From Bacteroidia bacterium (lineage in GTDB: Bacteria; Bacteroidota; Ignavibacteria; UBA10030): 64,000 nt of DNA. Below, piece by piece: positions 18,336-27,916 of the stretch; position 1 is the first letter of the stretch; every line of letters begins with the position of its first letter. The position numbers were made by a program, and so were the translations under genes. The DNA lies in assembly GCA_022180565.1 (NCBI GenBank), contig BQML01000002.1:117888-181887 (forward strand), written 5' to 3'. Under the pieces are notes generated by a model, which did no database searches, was not told the DNA's origin, and saw only the letters and a program-made list of their open reading frames with translations.

Positions 18336-18382
18336 CAACTTGAAGTACTGGTGCAAGGAAGGTTTCAGGAAGGAGAAAACGC

Positions 18383-18931
18383 ATGCCTGTTCAGTCTGTC
18401 GAAGTACGCTTGGGTTCTCCCATGCCGCCGTTCGAACTGAAAGACCCCGAAGGGAAAACGTACCGATCGGACGCATTGTACGGTCCTAAGGGCCTGCTGG
18501 TGATTTTCACCTGTAATCACTGTCCCTACGCGCAGGCCGTCTGGCCTCGCACGATCAGACTGGCCGGATATGCCAGGGAGCTCGGGATCAACACCGTGGG
18601 CATCAATCCCAATATTCATCCCGACTATCCGGAAGATGCACCGGAAGTCATGAAGGAACGAATCAAATCCTGGGGCATCACGTTTCCCTATCTGATCGAC
18701 GAGTCCCAGGAAATTGCAAAGGCGTTTGACGCCCAATGCACGCCGGATATCTATCTGTTCGATGCGGACAAGAAGCTCGTCTACCACGGACGTGTCGATG
18801 ACCACTGGCAGGATGAATCAAAGGTGACCAAGGAAGAACTGAAGGAGGCGATCACGAATCTCGCCGCCGGACGCCCCATCACAGGGACCCAGTTCCCTTC
18901 CATGGGTTGTTCAATCAAGTGGAGAAGGTAA
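18383..18931 (+). CDS. Thioredoxin-fold thiol-disulfide oxidoreductase (AhpC/TSA-like)
   Basis: CxxC-type motif FTCNHCPY in a thioredoxin-fold context. GGAGAA lies upstream of the ATG. Confidence 0.7.
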   Translation: MPVQSVEVRLGSPMPPFELKDPEGKTYRSDALYGPKGLLVIFTCNHCPYAQAVWPRTIRLAGYARELGINTVGINPNIHPDYPEDAPEVMKERIKSWGITFPYLIDESQEIAKAFDAQCTPDIYLFDADKKLVYHGRVDDHWQDESKVTKEELKEAITNLAAGRPITGTQFPSMGCSIKWRR

Positions 18932-18937
18932 CCACTC

Positions 18938-19354
18938 ATGGTCCATCAGGAGACCATCCGCCTCTCGACCACGGGTAACGGCGACATGCATGATCTGAGC
19001 GACGCCGTGGCCGCCATCGTGCAGAAATCCGGGGTAACGACCGGCACGGTTCACGTCTTTGCCGTCGGCAGTACATCGGGGGTCTGCGCGATCGAGTTCG
19101 AGCCGGGGCTTCAGAAGGACCTTCCTGCCGTTCTCAACCGGCTGATTCCGCCCAGCCGCGCCTACGGCCACGAACAGGCCTGGCACGACGGAAACGGACA
19201 CTCGCACCTCCAGGCATCGGTGATCGGACCAGACCTTACTCTTCCCGTGAAAAAGGGCAAACCTCTGCAGGGAACTTGGCAGCAGATCGTCCACGTGGAG
19301 TTTGATGGTAGGCCGCGAGACCGCGAGGTAACGGTCACGGTGATGGGGGAGTGA
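18938..19354 (+). CDS. yjbQ: YjbQ/UPF0047 family protein (secondary thiamine-phosphate synthase-like)
   Basis: 138 aa. Family-typical segments are TGTVHVFAVGSTSGV, HDGNGHSHLQAS and GTWQQI. Confidence 0.75.
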   Translation: MVHQETIRLSTTGNGDMHDLSDAVAAIVQKSGVTTGTVHVFAVGSTSGVCAIEFEPGLQKDLPAVLNRLIPPSRAYGHEQAWHDGNGHSHLQASVIGPDLTLPVKKGKPLQGTWQQIVHVEFDGRPRDREVTVTVMGE

Positions 19355-19362
19355 CAGTGCCC

Positions 19363-22080
19363 TCAGGAAACGGAGAGTTGCTTCAGGTTGGTTCTCAGCT
19401 TTTCAAGATTCACCCTGAACGCGGCCTGCTTCTCTTTTTCCCTCTCTACCACACTCCGGGGGGCGCGCTCCGTGAATTGCGGATTGGCAAGCTTCTTTTC
19501 AATTCCATCAAGGATCTGCTCTACTCTCTGAATTTCCTTTTCCAGACGATTCCTCTCGGCTTTCAGATCGATGAGGCCTTCGAGTGGAACGAGGATTTCG
19601 TACCCATCCACCACGGCGCTGGAGGCCACGCGTGGCCTTTTTGAAGCAGGGATCTCGCTGACCGCCGCAACCCTGGCGAGCTTTTGAAGATAGTGCGTAT
19701 ACGGTTCGAGATTCCCGCCCCGCCGCCCTTTCGGAACGATCACCTGCACCTCGATTTCGCGTGAAGGGGGGATGTTGTTCTCACCGCGGATGTTCCTCAA
19801 TGCATTGATGACATTCTGCACAAACCCCATCTCTTCGTCGGCTTTCGGGTCAATCCATCGCTCGTCCACTCGCGGGAATGCGGAACGCATGAGGAACGCC
19901 CCCGATCGGTCATCAAGATTCTGCCAGAGTTCCTCGGTGACAAAGGGCATGAAAGGATGGAGGAGGCGGAGTGCCTGGTCGAAGATCCAGAGGGCTCTTT
20001 GGAGCACGTTTTTCCTGATATCTGCGGATTCGTCGCCATACAAGCGTGTCTTGAGAAGCTCCACGTACCAATCACAGAAGTCGTGCCAGACGAACTCGTA
20101 GAGTGTCTTTGTTGCATCATTCACCTGAAAGCCGTCCAGGGAAACCGAGAGGCTTCTGATCGCTCCGTTGAGACGGGAAAGAATCCAGCGGTCGGCAAGA
20201 TCGAGGTGGTTTTCCGACGGAACCTCGAGCCGGGGGGCTTCAGTGCCGAACAGATCCTTCTTGTTCATGAGGAGGAATCGGCCCGCGTTCCAGATTTTGT
20301 TGGCAAAGTTTCTTCCGATCTCACACTTGTCCGCGGAGAACAGGACATCCTGTCCCAGCGGGGCGAGGTAGGTGATCGTGAAACGCAGCGCGTCCGAGCC
20401 GTACTCCGCGATGACCTCGAGCGGATCGGGTGAGTTGCCGAGCGACTTGCTCATCTTTCGCCCTTGCGCGTCACGAATGATACTGGTGAAGTACACATCG
20501 CGGAAAGGCACCAGATCGGCATCCTTCTGCCGCGGTTTGCCGTCCCTGCCTGGCATGCCTTTCATGAACTCGATATTCGCCATAATCATCCGGGCGACCC
20601 AGAAGAAGATGATATCGGGGCCTGTGACCAAAGTGGATGTTGGATTGAAATAACGCAGGTCCCGTGTGTCCTCGGGCCAGCCCAGGGTTGAGAACGGCCA
20701 AAGCCATGACGAGAACCAGGTGTCGAGCACGTCTTCATCCTGCGTCAACGGCATCTCCGGTGCCAGCCCGAGTTTCTTGCGAGCCTCATCCTCGGATCGC
20801 GCGGCTGTGTAGGTGCCGTCCGGCGCGTAGTACACCGGGATTCGGTGGCCCCACCAAAGCTGACGCGAGATGCACCAGTCACGGATGTTGTTCATCCAAT
20901 GTTCGTACACCTTGGTCCATCGCTCCGGATGGAATCGGATCAGACCATCCTGCACGACCTTCAACGCCGGCTTTGCCAACGGCTTCATGCGAACGAACCA
21001 CTGGTCGGACAAAAACGGCTCAATGACAGTCCTGCAACGGTAACAGTGACCAAGGTTGTGCACGTAGTCTTCGACCTTTACGAGAAATCCTCCGGCTTCG
21101 AGGTCGCGCACAATACTCTTTCTGCACTCAAACCGGTCCAGGCCCTCGTACTGCTTGGGTACAAACTCGTTCATCACTCCGCGCTCATCCATCACCGACA
21201 TGACCTGCAGGTTATGCCGCTGGCCGAGGAGAAAGTCGTTGGCGTCATGGGCGGGTGTGACTTTCATGATCCCTGTGGCAAAGGTCGAGTCGATGTAATC
21301 GTCGGAGATGATCGGAAGACGCCGGCCCGCCAGCGGAAGAACCGCTTGCCGCCCCGCAAGATGCCGGTACCGCTCATCTTTCGGGTGGAAGCACAGCGCG
21401 GTGTCTCCGAGCATGGTCTCCGGCCGCGTCGTCGCAATGACGACGGATTCCTTGCTTCCCTCGATCGGGTACCGAATGTAATACAATCTGCCGTTGGTCT
21501 CCTCATGCTCGACCTCGTCGTCGCTGAGCGCCGTCCGATGATACGTGCACCAATTGACGATGTACTTCCCTCGATAGATCAGACCCTTGTCGAAGAGACG
21601 GACAAACACCTCGCGCACGGCGGCGGATAAACCCTCGTCCATCGTGAATCGCTCGCGTTCCCAATCACACGACACGCCCAGCTTGCGCAATTGTCTGACA
21701 ATCGTCCTTCCATACAGTTCCCTCCACTGCCACACGCGCTCGACAAATTTCGCGCGCCCCAGGGCATGTCTGTCCGTTCCCTCTTTGGCAAGCGCCTTCT
21801 CCACGGCGTTCTGCGTGGCAATGCCTGCATGGTCGGTTCCGGGAATCCAGCACGCTTCATATCCTTGCATTCGCTTCCATCGGATGAAAATATCCTGCAG
21901 GGTGTTGTTCAGAACGTGACCAAGCGTGAGAATGCCTGTCACATTCGGGGGCGGAATGAGGATCGTGTAGGGCTCCCGATCGTTATGGACCGTCGCATGG
22001 AATAATCCACCCGATTCCCAGCGCGGATACCAGCGCTCCTCAACCTCGTGGGGCGTGTATGTTTTCGCGAGTTCAGACAT
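19363..22080 (-). CDS. valS: Valine--tRNA ligase
   Basis: 905 aa. PPPNVTGILTLGHVLN (HIGH region), KMSKSLGN (KMSKS) and a C-terminal coiled coil. Confidence 0.95.
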   Translation of the reverse strand: MSELAKTYTPHEVEERWYPRWESGGLFHATVHNDREPYTILIPPPNVTGILTLGHVLNNTLQDIFIRWKRMQGYEACWIPGTDHAGIATQNAVEKALAKEGTDRHALGRAKFVERVWQWRELYGRTIVRQLRKLGVSCDWERERFTMDEGLSAAVREVFVRLFDKGLIYRGKYIVNWCTYHRTALSDDEVEHEETNGRLYYIRYPIEGSKESVVIATTRPETMLGDTALCFHPKDERYRHLAGRQAVLPLAGRRLPIISDDYIDSTFATGIMKVTPAHDANDFLLGQRHNLQVMSVMDERGVMNEFVPKQYEGLDRFECRKSIVRDLEAGGFLVKVEDYVHNLGHCYRCRTVIEPFLSDQWFVRMKPLAKPALKVVQDGLIRFHPERWTKVYEHWMNNIRDWCISRQLWWGHRIPVYYAPDGTYTAARSEDEARKKLGLAPEMPLTQDEDVLDTWFSSWLWPFSTLGWPEDTRDLRYFNPTSTLVTGPDIIFFWVARMIMANIEFMKGMPGRDGKPRQKDADLVPFRDVYFTSIIRDAQGRKMSKSLGNSPDPLEVIAEYGSDALRFTITYLAPLGQDVLFSADKCEIGRNFANKIWNAGRFLLMNKKDLFGTEAPRLEVPSENHLDLADRWILSRLNGAIRSLSVSLDGFQVNDATKTLYEFVWHDFCDWYVELLKTRLYGDESADIRKNVLQRALWIFDQALRLLHPFMPFVTEELWQNLDDRSGAFLMRSAFPRVDERWIDPKADEEMGFVQNVINALRNIRGENNIPPSREIEVQVIVPKGRRGGNLEPYTHYLQKLARVAAVSEIPASKRPRVASSAVVDGYEILVPLEGLIDLKAERNRLEKEIQRVEQILDGIEKKLANPQFTERAPRSVVEREKEKQAAFRVNLEKLRTNLKQLSVS

Positions 22081-22087
22081 GGGTATA

Positions 22088-22128
22088 TGAGAAAGGGTAG
22101 CTTGTCGGTACCGGCAAACAGGCTACCC
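22088..22128 (-). terminator. Candidate rho-independent terminator after the M23 peptidase gene
   Basis: Stem GGGTAGC/GCTACCC (22095-22101 and 22122-22128) encloses an imperfectly self-complementary loop. On the minus strand it is followed by TTTCTC. Confidence 0.4.
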
Positions 22129-22170
22129 GCAGGGAGTACAATAAGCAAAAAAACAGCCGGGAATGCAATT

Positions 22171-24456
22171 TCAGCGCGTACGGAAGGAACGTTTCAGGGA
22201 GGTACGGTTTCCCATTCTGTCCCGAGCCTCGATGCGAAGCTCGTGAAGGCCAGGGGAAAGTACCAACGGTTCGTCGAAGGTCACCAGCTTCTTCTCCGGG
22301 TCGTACTCCGCGATGATCAACTGATCGTCCACGGTCAGTCTCAGGGCGTCATGATCGACGCCCGAGAGAGTATCGCGCAGGCCGAATCGGATCCTCAATC
22401 TCGCCGAAGCATAGCGGACCGAAAGGTCAGAGAGTGTGGGAGCCGCCATGTCCTTCATCAGGGTGAACTCGGAAAGAAACTTTGTTACCCGGGCCTGGAA
22501 AAAACCGTCGGATGCGGAACCCGAGAGAAAGGACCGCTCCCGCGAATCCAATGCGAACAATCCGTATCCGTCTTCCCCGTTTGCCGCAAGGCGAACCGTC
22601 GCACCGGTATTCAGGAGGACGTCTTGAGGGAAGGCCGCGTAGCCGGATTCGGTCTTCTCCACTCGAACGTAAAGGGTCTGATACACGCCGTTGGGGGGGA
22701 ATTCCAGTATGAATTCGCCGTCACCTGCAACAATCATGCCCCCTGCCTCGGGGGTGACGGGATATACTGCAACCTCGTCGAACGCCTCCACGTCGGCGCC
22801 ATGGACAACTCCCCGTGCCTCGAGATGCAGAGAGGACGATTGTATCCGGCCGAGCGGGATCACGGTTGAATAGGTTCTCTCGTCGCTAGCGAAGAGTTCC
22901 GTCATGAACCTGGATTCCCCATCTTTCACCCACAGCGACGGACGTTCAGCAAAAGGGAAACGGGAGGCAAGAGTCACGACGACAAAATCCCTGAAGAAAT
23001 GCTTCTGGAGTTCAAGCGATGTGATGCGCTTTGTTGCCTGGGGAGGGCAAAGGAAAACCGGGTGCGACGGCGTGCCCCGCTCGTTTGACGCTTGAATGCG
23101 CCAGAAGCGGTCGCTGTCGATTGCGACCGGAAGCCGGAAACCGTCCTCGTTTGCGGCAAGCTGGTCGACAGAAAAGGAGACCCTGTTCCACTGTCCCTGA
23201 TCCGGCGATCGCGAGGCCACGGTGACACTGACAAGATTTGATGGAGAAGAGAGTATCACTTCTGTGTCGCGCCACCGAACATCGAGTGGCGGGGATTCGT
23301 CGAAGAAGAGCGTTCCCTGCAATCGGGCTTCGTTGCCGTGGGCATCGCGTGCGACAATCAGCAATTCGTGAGGTCCCGGCGAATAATGGGTTGATTCCAG
23401 CACGCCACCGCGTTCCGGCAGACGACTGTAGAGGGGCAGGCGGTTCCCGGGTTCCACAAACAGTTTCTGAAACCTTCCTTCGCCGGCCTCCACCAGCGGC
23501 CAGTCGTAATGAAGAGCGATCTGTTCGGTTTGTCTCGCCGAGAACCGGTCGAGTTTGGATTCATAGACCAGCACGGAGTCCAGAAAAACTTTGTAGTGAT
23601 AGATTCCCTGCTTGTTCCAGGTCGCATTGACCCGGTCCGATGCCTTGGAGCTTATGCCGACGGCTCCGCTTAGCCGGACGGAACGCGGGAGCGAAAAGAT
23701 GCCGGGTCCGGTGGCGTTCGTGGAAAACGTCAGCGGAAACGCGGATCCGTCAATGCGTCCGGTGTGATCGAACGGTGCAAACGTAATCTGTTCAAACTCC
23801 GGTCGTCTCGTATCCCTGATCGCGGCGGCAAACTCCGGAGCAAGGAGCGGATTGACCGGATTCATCCGCCCGTCGCGGATCTCAAAATGGAGGTGTGGCG
23901 GACCGGCGCCGGATTCACCCGTGAAGGCGATGAGGTCGCCCTGGCTCACGAGAAATGCTTCGGGCTCGGGGCGAACATCAACACTGTATTGCTCATTCGC
24001 GTACTGGATCGTGCGCACGTAGGCATCGAGGGAATCGCTGAAGCGGCTGAGATGCGCATAGACGGTTGTGAAGCCGTCGTCGTGACGGATCTGGAGCATT
24101 TTCCCGTATCCGGTAGGTGAGACAAGGATCCGGGCAATGTACCCTGAACGTGAAGCTAGAACACGGCGTCCGGTTCTTCCCCCCGTCGAAATGTCAATAC
24201 CCGCATGGAAATGCGTCCGCCGAAAAGCTCCAAAGGCCGATGTCATGGTTTTTCCTGCATCGGTAGGCCATCGATAATCGCTGAGATCGGTTTGCAGGGA
24301 ATCAAAATCAACGTAAACGTCGTCGATGAGGGCGGGAAGTTCCGTCCGCGGTTCGAAGGAGGAGAGCGGAGAGAGGGAGAGCGCGACGAAGAGAAGGAGA
24401 AAGCCGATCAGAAAGGAGGTAAGGAGAAAAGGACGCAGTCTTCCCATCTCTCCCAT
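22171..24456 (-). CDS. M23 family metallopeptidase with large C-terminal domain of unknown function
   Basis: N-terminal TM anchor. M23/LytM motifs are HFHAGIDIS and GPPHLHFEI. About 520 aa of additional beta-rich sequence follow. The start codon shares a base with the stop of the upstream ParA-like gene (24454-24458). Confidence 0.8.
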   Translation of the reverse strand: MGEMGRLRPFLLTSFLIGFLLLFVALSLSPLSSFEPRTELPALIDDVYVDFDSLQTDLSDYRWPTDAGKTMTSAFGAFRRTHFHAGIDISTGGRTGRRVLASRSGYIARILVSPTGYGKMLQIRHDDGFTTVYAHLSRFSDSLDAYVRTIQYANEQYSVDVRPEPEAFLVSQGDLIAFTGESGAGPPHLHFEIRDGRMNPVNPLLAPEFAAAIRDTRRPEFEQITFAPFDHTGRIDGSAFPLTFSTNATGPGIFSLPRSVRLSGAVGISSKASDRVNATWNKQGIYHYKVFLDSVLVYESKLDRFSARQTEQIALHYDWPLVEAGEGRFQKLFVEPGNRLPLYSRLPERGGVLESTHYSPGPHELLIVARDAHGNEARLQGTLFFDESPPLDVRWRDTEVILSSPSNLVSVTVASRSPDQGQWNRVSFSVDQLAANEDGFRLPVAIDSDRFWRIQASNERGTPSHPVFLCPPQATKRITSLELQKHFFRDFVVVTLASRFPFAERPSLWVKDGESRFMTELFASDERTYSTVIPLGRIQSSSLHLEARGVVHGADVEAFDEVAVYPVTPEAGGMIVAGDGEFILEFPPNGVYQTLYVRVEKTESGYAAFPQDVLLNTGATVRLAANGEDGYGLFALDSRERSFLSGSASDGFFQARVTKFLSEFTLMKDMAAPTLSDLSVRYASARLRIRFGLRDTLSGVDHDALRLTVDDQLIIAEYDPEKKLVTFDEPLVLSPGLHELRIEARDRMGNRTSLKRSFRTR

Positions 24457-25265
24457 CAGCCGGTTTGTCCCTGAAGCATTCCGGGTTGCTCCGTTGTCGC
24501 GGGTTTGTGCCGTTCGATCATTTCACGCGCGACCTGCAGATACGCGAGCGTGCCTTTGGAATTCGCGTTGAACAGCACGGCAGGCTTTCCGTAGAACGAG
24601 GCCTCCACGAGCTGAGTGTTCTTGGGAATCACGGTCTTCAACATGTGCTTTCGAAAACGAAGCTGCAGCTCGCGCTCCGTGATGTCCGTAACCTTCGTGT
24701 TGGCTTCGTACATCGTCTGCAGAATTCCCTCAAGTTGGAGATCCCGGTTTGCGACCTCGCGGATCCATTCGACATATGTGACCAGCTTGTCGATCGCATC
24801 AAGTGAAAAATGGCCTGACTTGAGCGGAATCAGAACGGAATCCGCGCACGTAAGGGCGTTTGTCGTAAGACCGCGTAGGAACGGCGGACAATCAATGATG
24901 ACGTAATCGTAATGGGCCGCGACACTTCGAAGAGAATTCTTCAGAATGGTTCTGTTCTCGGCAAGCTTCATGTACCGCTCTTCCATGTGCGCCGTGTGAA
25001 CGTTGGACGGAATGAAATCAAGGAATGCAATTTCGGTCCGGTGAAGGACCTGGGAGATGGAGTGAGTGAAGTTGAACACTTCAAACAGCCCGCCCACGAT
25101 CTTCTCCTTGGTGAATCCCAGGGACAAACTGCAGGCGCCAAAGGGATCGGTGTCGATCAAGAGCGTTCGCTGTTCGAAGACCGCGAGGGAGGCGGCGAGA
25201 TTGACGGCAGTCGTTGTTTTTCCGACTCCGCCTTTTGGAATCGCTACCGCAATGATCTTGCCCAT
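24456..25265 (-). CDS. ParA/Soj-family deviant Walker-A ATPase
   Basis: MGKIIAVAIPKGGVGKTTTAVNLAASLA (KGGxGKT), then DTDPFG and IIDCPP. Confidence 0.85.
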   Translation of the reverse strand: MGKIIAVAIPKGGVGKTTTAVNLAASLAVFEQRTLLIDTDPFGACSLSLGFTKEKIVGGLFEVFNFTHSISQVLHRTEIAFLDFIPSNVHTAHMEERYMKLAENRTILKNSLRSVAAHYDYVIIDCPPFLRGLTTNALTCADSVLIPLKSGHFSLDAIDKLVTYVEWIREVANRDLQLEGILQTMYEANTKVTDITERELQLRFRKHMLKTVIPKNTQLVEASFYGKPAVLFNANSKGTLAYLQVAREMIERHKPATTEQPGMLQGQTG

Positions 25266-25359
25266 AGGCGACGTTCAAAAAAGAGACAGGAAAGGAGGAT
25301 CAAATTACCCGGGCAAGGTAACCATCCGGCGGGAAAAATGCAAAGAGAACCGGTGAAAA

Positions 25360-25737
25360 TCAGAGGAGTTTTCCGAGAATATAGCCGATTGTGACGCCGA
25401 TCAGAAGCGTAACGGTAAGCACACGGGTATTGATGACGTCCCGTGCGAACCCCTGCTTGATGGCAACGAACGACGCGAGGTATCCGATCCCGTTCAGGAG
25501 CCAGAAAAATGGGAGGGCGAGGACCTTGGCAATCAGCGGGCCGACGACCGGAATAAGCGCAATCCACGCCATAAGGGCGGTAAATGCTTCTCCCAAAAGG
25601 CCGACAATGACCACAACAAAACCCAGGACCGTCCTGTCCATTCCCAGTTCGATGCCCACCACAATCAATCCTGCAATGAAAAGCCATGCAAGGATCGCAT
25701 TGCGGTAGTTGTGGAGAAACTGAACAAAGCGCGTCAT
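25360..25737 (-). CDS. Small integral membrane protein (about 4 TM), unknown function
   Basis: 125 aa, strongly hydrophobic. The ATGA overlap with the upstream FAH-family gene is at 25734-25737. Confidence 0.55.
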   Translation of the reverse strand: MTRFVQFLHNYRNAILAWLFIAGLIVVGIELGMDRTVLGFVVVIVGLLGEAFTALMAWIALIPVVGPLIAKVLALPFFWLLNGIGYLASFVAIKQGFARDVINTRVLTVTLLIGVTIGYILGKLL

Positions 25738-26411
25738 GCCCGCCCAATCCGCACTGTCAATGAACTCAACTGCGTTCCTCCCGGAGTCCTGAGCGTGGCT
25801 TCAAGCATATCCTGGGGAACGGTCTGCGCGACGCCCTCCGGTGTCCCGGTGAAAATCACATCGCCTTCCTCGAGCGTAAAGTAGATTGAGACGATGGAGA
25901 TGAGGCGCTCGAGGCGAAAGATGAAGCTGGAAGTGTTTCCGCGTTGTCGTACCGCCCCGTTTACCCGAAGCTCCACCTCGAGAGCGTGGGGATCGGAAAC
26001 CGCGGCCGCAGGTACGAACTCGGACAAGGGTGCCGAGGTATCAAAGCCTTTCGCAAGCGTCCAGGGCAAGCCCTTCTTCTTGGCTTCACTCTGGATATCC
26101 CGGAGCGTCATATCAAGTCCTACACCATATCCTGCCACATGGCTCAATGCGGAATGCTCGTCAATGTTTTTTCCTCCGCGACCGATGAGAACCGTCATCT
26201 CCACTTCGTGATGAAGATCAGTGGAGATCGGCGGCAAGAGCACCGTCCCCCCATCGGGAAGGATCGCGCTCGGCGGTTTAAGGAAAAAAACGGGCTGTGC
26301 AGGAATTTCGGCCTTCATTTCCTTTGCATGCGCCGCATAATTGCGGCCGACACAAATGATCTTTGAAACGACGATGGGGGACGACGTGCCGCGAAGAGTG
26401 ACGGATGGCAT
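25734..26411 (-). CDS. Fumarylacetoacetate hydrolase (FAH) family protein
   Basis: IICVGRNYAAHAKEM, HHEVEMTVLIG, AKGFDTSAP and GDVIFTGTPEGV. The ATG at 26411 is preferred over the TTG at 26417. Confidence 0.8.
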   Translation of the reverse strand: MPSVTLRGTSSPIVVSKIICVGRNYAAHAKEMKAEIPAQPVFFLKPPSAILPDGGTVLLPPISTDLHHEVEMTVLIGRGGKNIDEHSALSHVAGYGVGLDMTLRDIQSEAKKKGLPWTLAKGFDTSAPLSEFVPAAAVSDPHALEVELRVNGAVRQRGNTSSFIFRLERLISIVSIYFTLEEGDVIFTGTPEGVAQTVPQDMLEATLRTPGGTQLSSLTVRIGRA

Positions 26412-26549
26412 GATCAATAATTATCCATGACTGCACAATGTAAGCAAGGAGCCCGATTTTCGCAAACCGCGACCCTTGACCGCATGAAGAGTGTACGTTG
26501 AACCATGAGCTGGCCGTTTGCAACGGAGCAAATTTATTCTCATCTTGTC

Positions 26550-27593
26550 ATGAGCATGTCTGAACAGACCTTATCGTACAAGGAAGCCGGCGTTGACATC
26601 GATGCCGGCGAAGAGCTTGTCCGGCGCATCAAAACAGGAGTCCGCTCGACGTTTTCGCGGAACGTGCTGGCGGACATCGGGATGTTTGGCGGATTGTATC
26701 GGGCGTCGTTTGCCGGAATCCGGAAGCCGGTGCTGGTCAGCAGTGTCGATGGTGTGGGAACCAAGCTGAAGATCGCCTTTGCAATGGATCGTCACCACAC
26801 CGTGGGCCAGGACTTGGTGAACCATTGTGTCAACGACATTCTCGCCTGCGGCGCAAAACCGCTGTTCTTCATGGACTACTTCGCCACGGGAAAACTGCGT
26901 CCATCGATCGGAGAGCAGGTGATTCAGGGGTTTATCAAAGCGTGCAAGGAGAACAAGTGTTCGCTGATCGGAGGCGAAACGGCGGAAATGCCCGGCATGT
27001 ACGCTGAGGGCGAATACGATCTCGCCGGCTCCATAGTCGGAGTTGTGGAGGAATCGAAGATCCTCACGGGGAAGAAGGTCCGAGCGGGCGATGTTCTGAT
27101 CGGCCTCCCATCCACGGGCCTTCACACCAACGGGTATTCCCTCGCTCGCGCAGTACTCCTCAACCGCTATTCCATCAACGAGTATTTCGATGAGCTTGGA
27201 ACCACCCTTGGCGACGCGCTGATGCGTGTTCACCGTTCGTACTTGTCCTCCGTGTATCCGCTGTTGTCCCAGAGGATAATTCGGGGCATTGCACACATCA
27301 CCGGAGGCGGAATTCGGGGCAACGTCCTGCGCGTCATACCGGACGGGTTGTCGCCAAAGATCGATTGGAGCGCCTGGGAACGCCCTCCGTTGTTTCGGAT
27401 GATTCAAACAACCGGCGGGGTTCCGGAACAGGACATGCGGCGAACGTTCAATCTCGGCATCGGCTTGGTGCTTATCGCCGACCGGAAAAAAGTCGACAAT
27501 CTGATGGTTGCCCTCAGGCGCAAGAAAGAAGAACCCGTGGTCATCGGAGAAGTGGAGAGGGAACCGGGCCGAACGAAGGGAGGAGACGGATGA
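26550..27593 (+). CDS. purM: Phosphoribosylformylglycinamidine cyclo-ligase
   Basis: LSYKEAGVDIDAG, VSSVDGVGTKLK, DLVNHCVNDIL and GGETAEMPG. The start is taken at MSMSEQ. The ORF-track start is at 26505. Confidence 0.9.
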   Translation: MSMSEQTLSYKEAGVDIDAGEELVRRIKTGVRSTFSRNVLADIGMFGGLYRASFAGIRKPVLVSSVDGVGTKLKIAFAMDRHHTVGQDLVNHCVNDILACGAKPLFFMDYFATGKLRPSIGEQVIQGFIKACKENKCSLIGGETAEMPGMYAEGEYDLAGSIVGVVEESKILTGKKVRAGDVLIGLPSTGLHTNGYSLARAVLLNRYSINEYFDELGTTLGDALMRVHRSYLSSVYPLLSQRIIRGIAHITGGGIRGNVLRVIPDGLSPKIDWSAWERPPLFRMIQTTGGVPEQDMRRTFNLGIGLVLIADRKKVDNLMVALRRKKEEPVVIGEVEREPGRTKGGDG

Positions 27594-27916
27594 GTTACGG
27601 ATATTCGCTCGAAGGGGAAGATCGATACCGGAAAGAAGCGGAGTACATCGCCGACCGGTTCGAGGAGAAATTGAATCGGGTGAGGAAGAACATCAGGTTT
27701 GCGGATGATCTCCTGGCCCTTTTTCGATACATGACCGACCCTGAGGTCCACTGGGCACGGAAGACCATCGTCGTTGCAGCCCTTCTCTATTTCATCCTTC
27801 CCTTCGATTCGATTCCGGACTTCACGCCGGTTGCGGGGTTCCTTGACGATATCGGGGTTGTCGCCGCCGCGATTCGCTACCTCGGTACCCAGCTCCACAA
27901 GTACTACAATTCCTGA
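27590..27916 (+). CDS. DUF1232 (YkvA-like) membrane protein
   Basis: 108 aa with the family-typical segment ILPFDSIPDFTPVAGFLDDIGVVAAAI. The ATGA overlap with the purM stop is at 27590-27593. Confidence 0.6.
   Translation: MSYGYSLEGEDRYRKEAEYIADRFEEKLNRVRKNIRFADDLLALFRYMTDPEVHWARKTIVVAALLYFILPFDSIPDFTPVAGFLDDIGVVAAAIRYLGTQLHKYYNS

Noticed and set aside
24456-25265. ParA-like gene as evidence for an integrated plasmid or mobile element
   Set aside because: No ParB, replication initiator, integrase, transposase or flanking repeats are present. Codon usage and gene context (valS, purM) look chromosomal.
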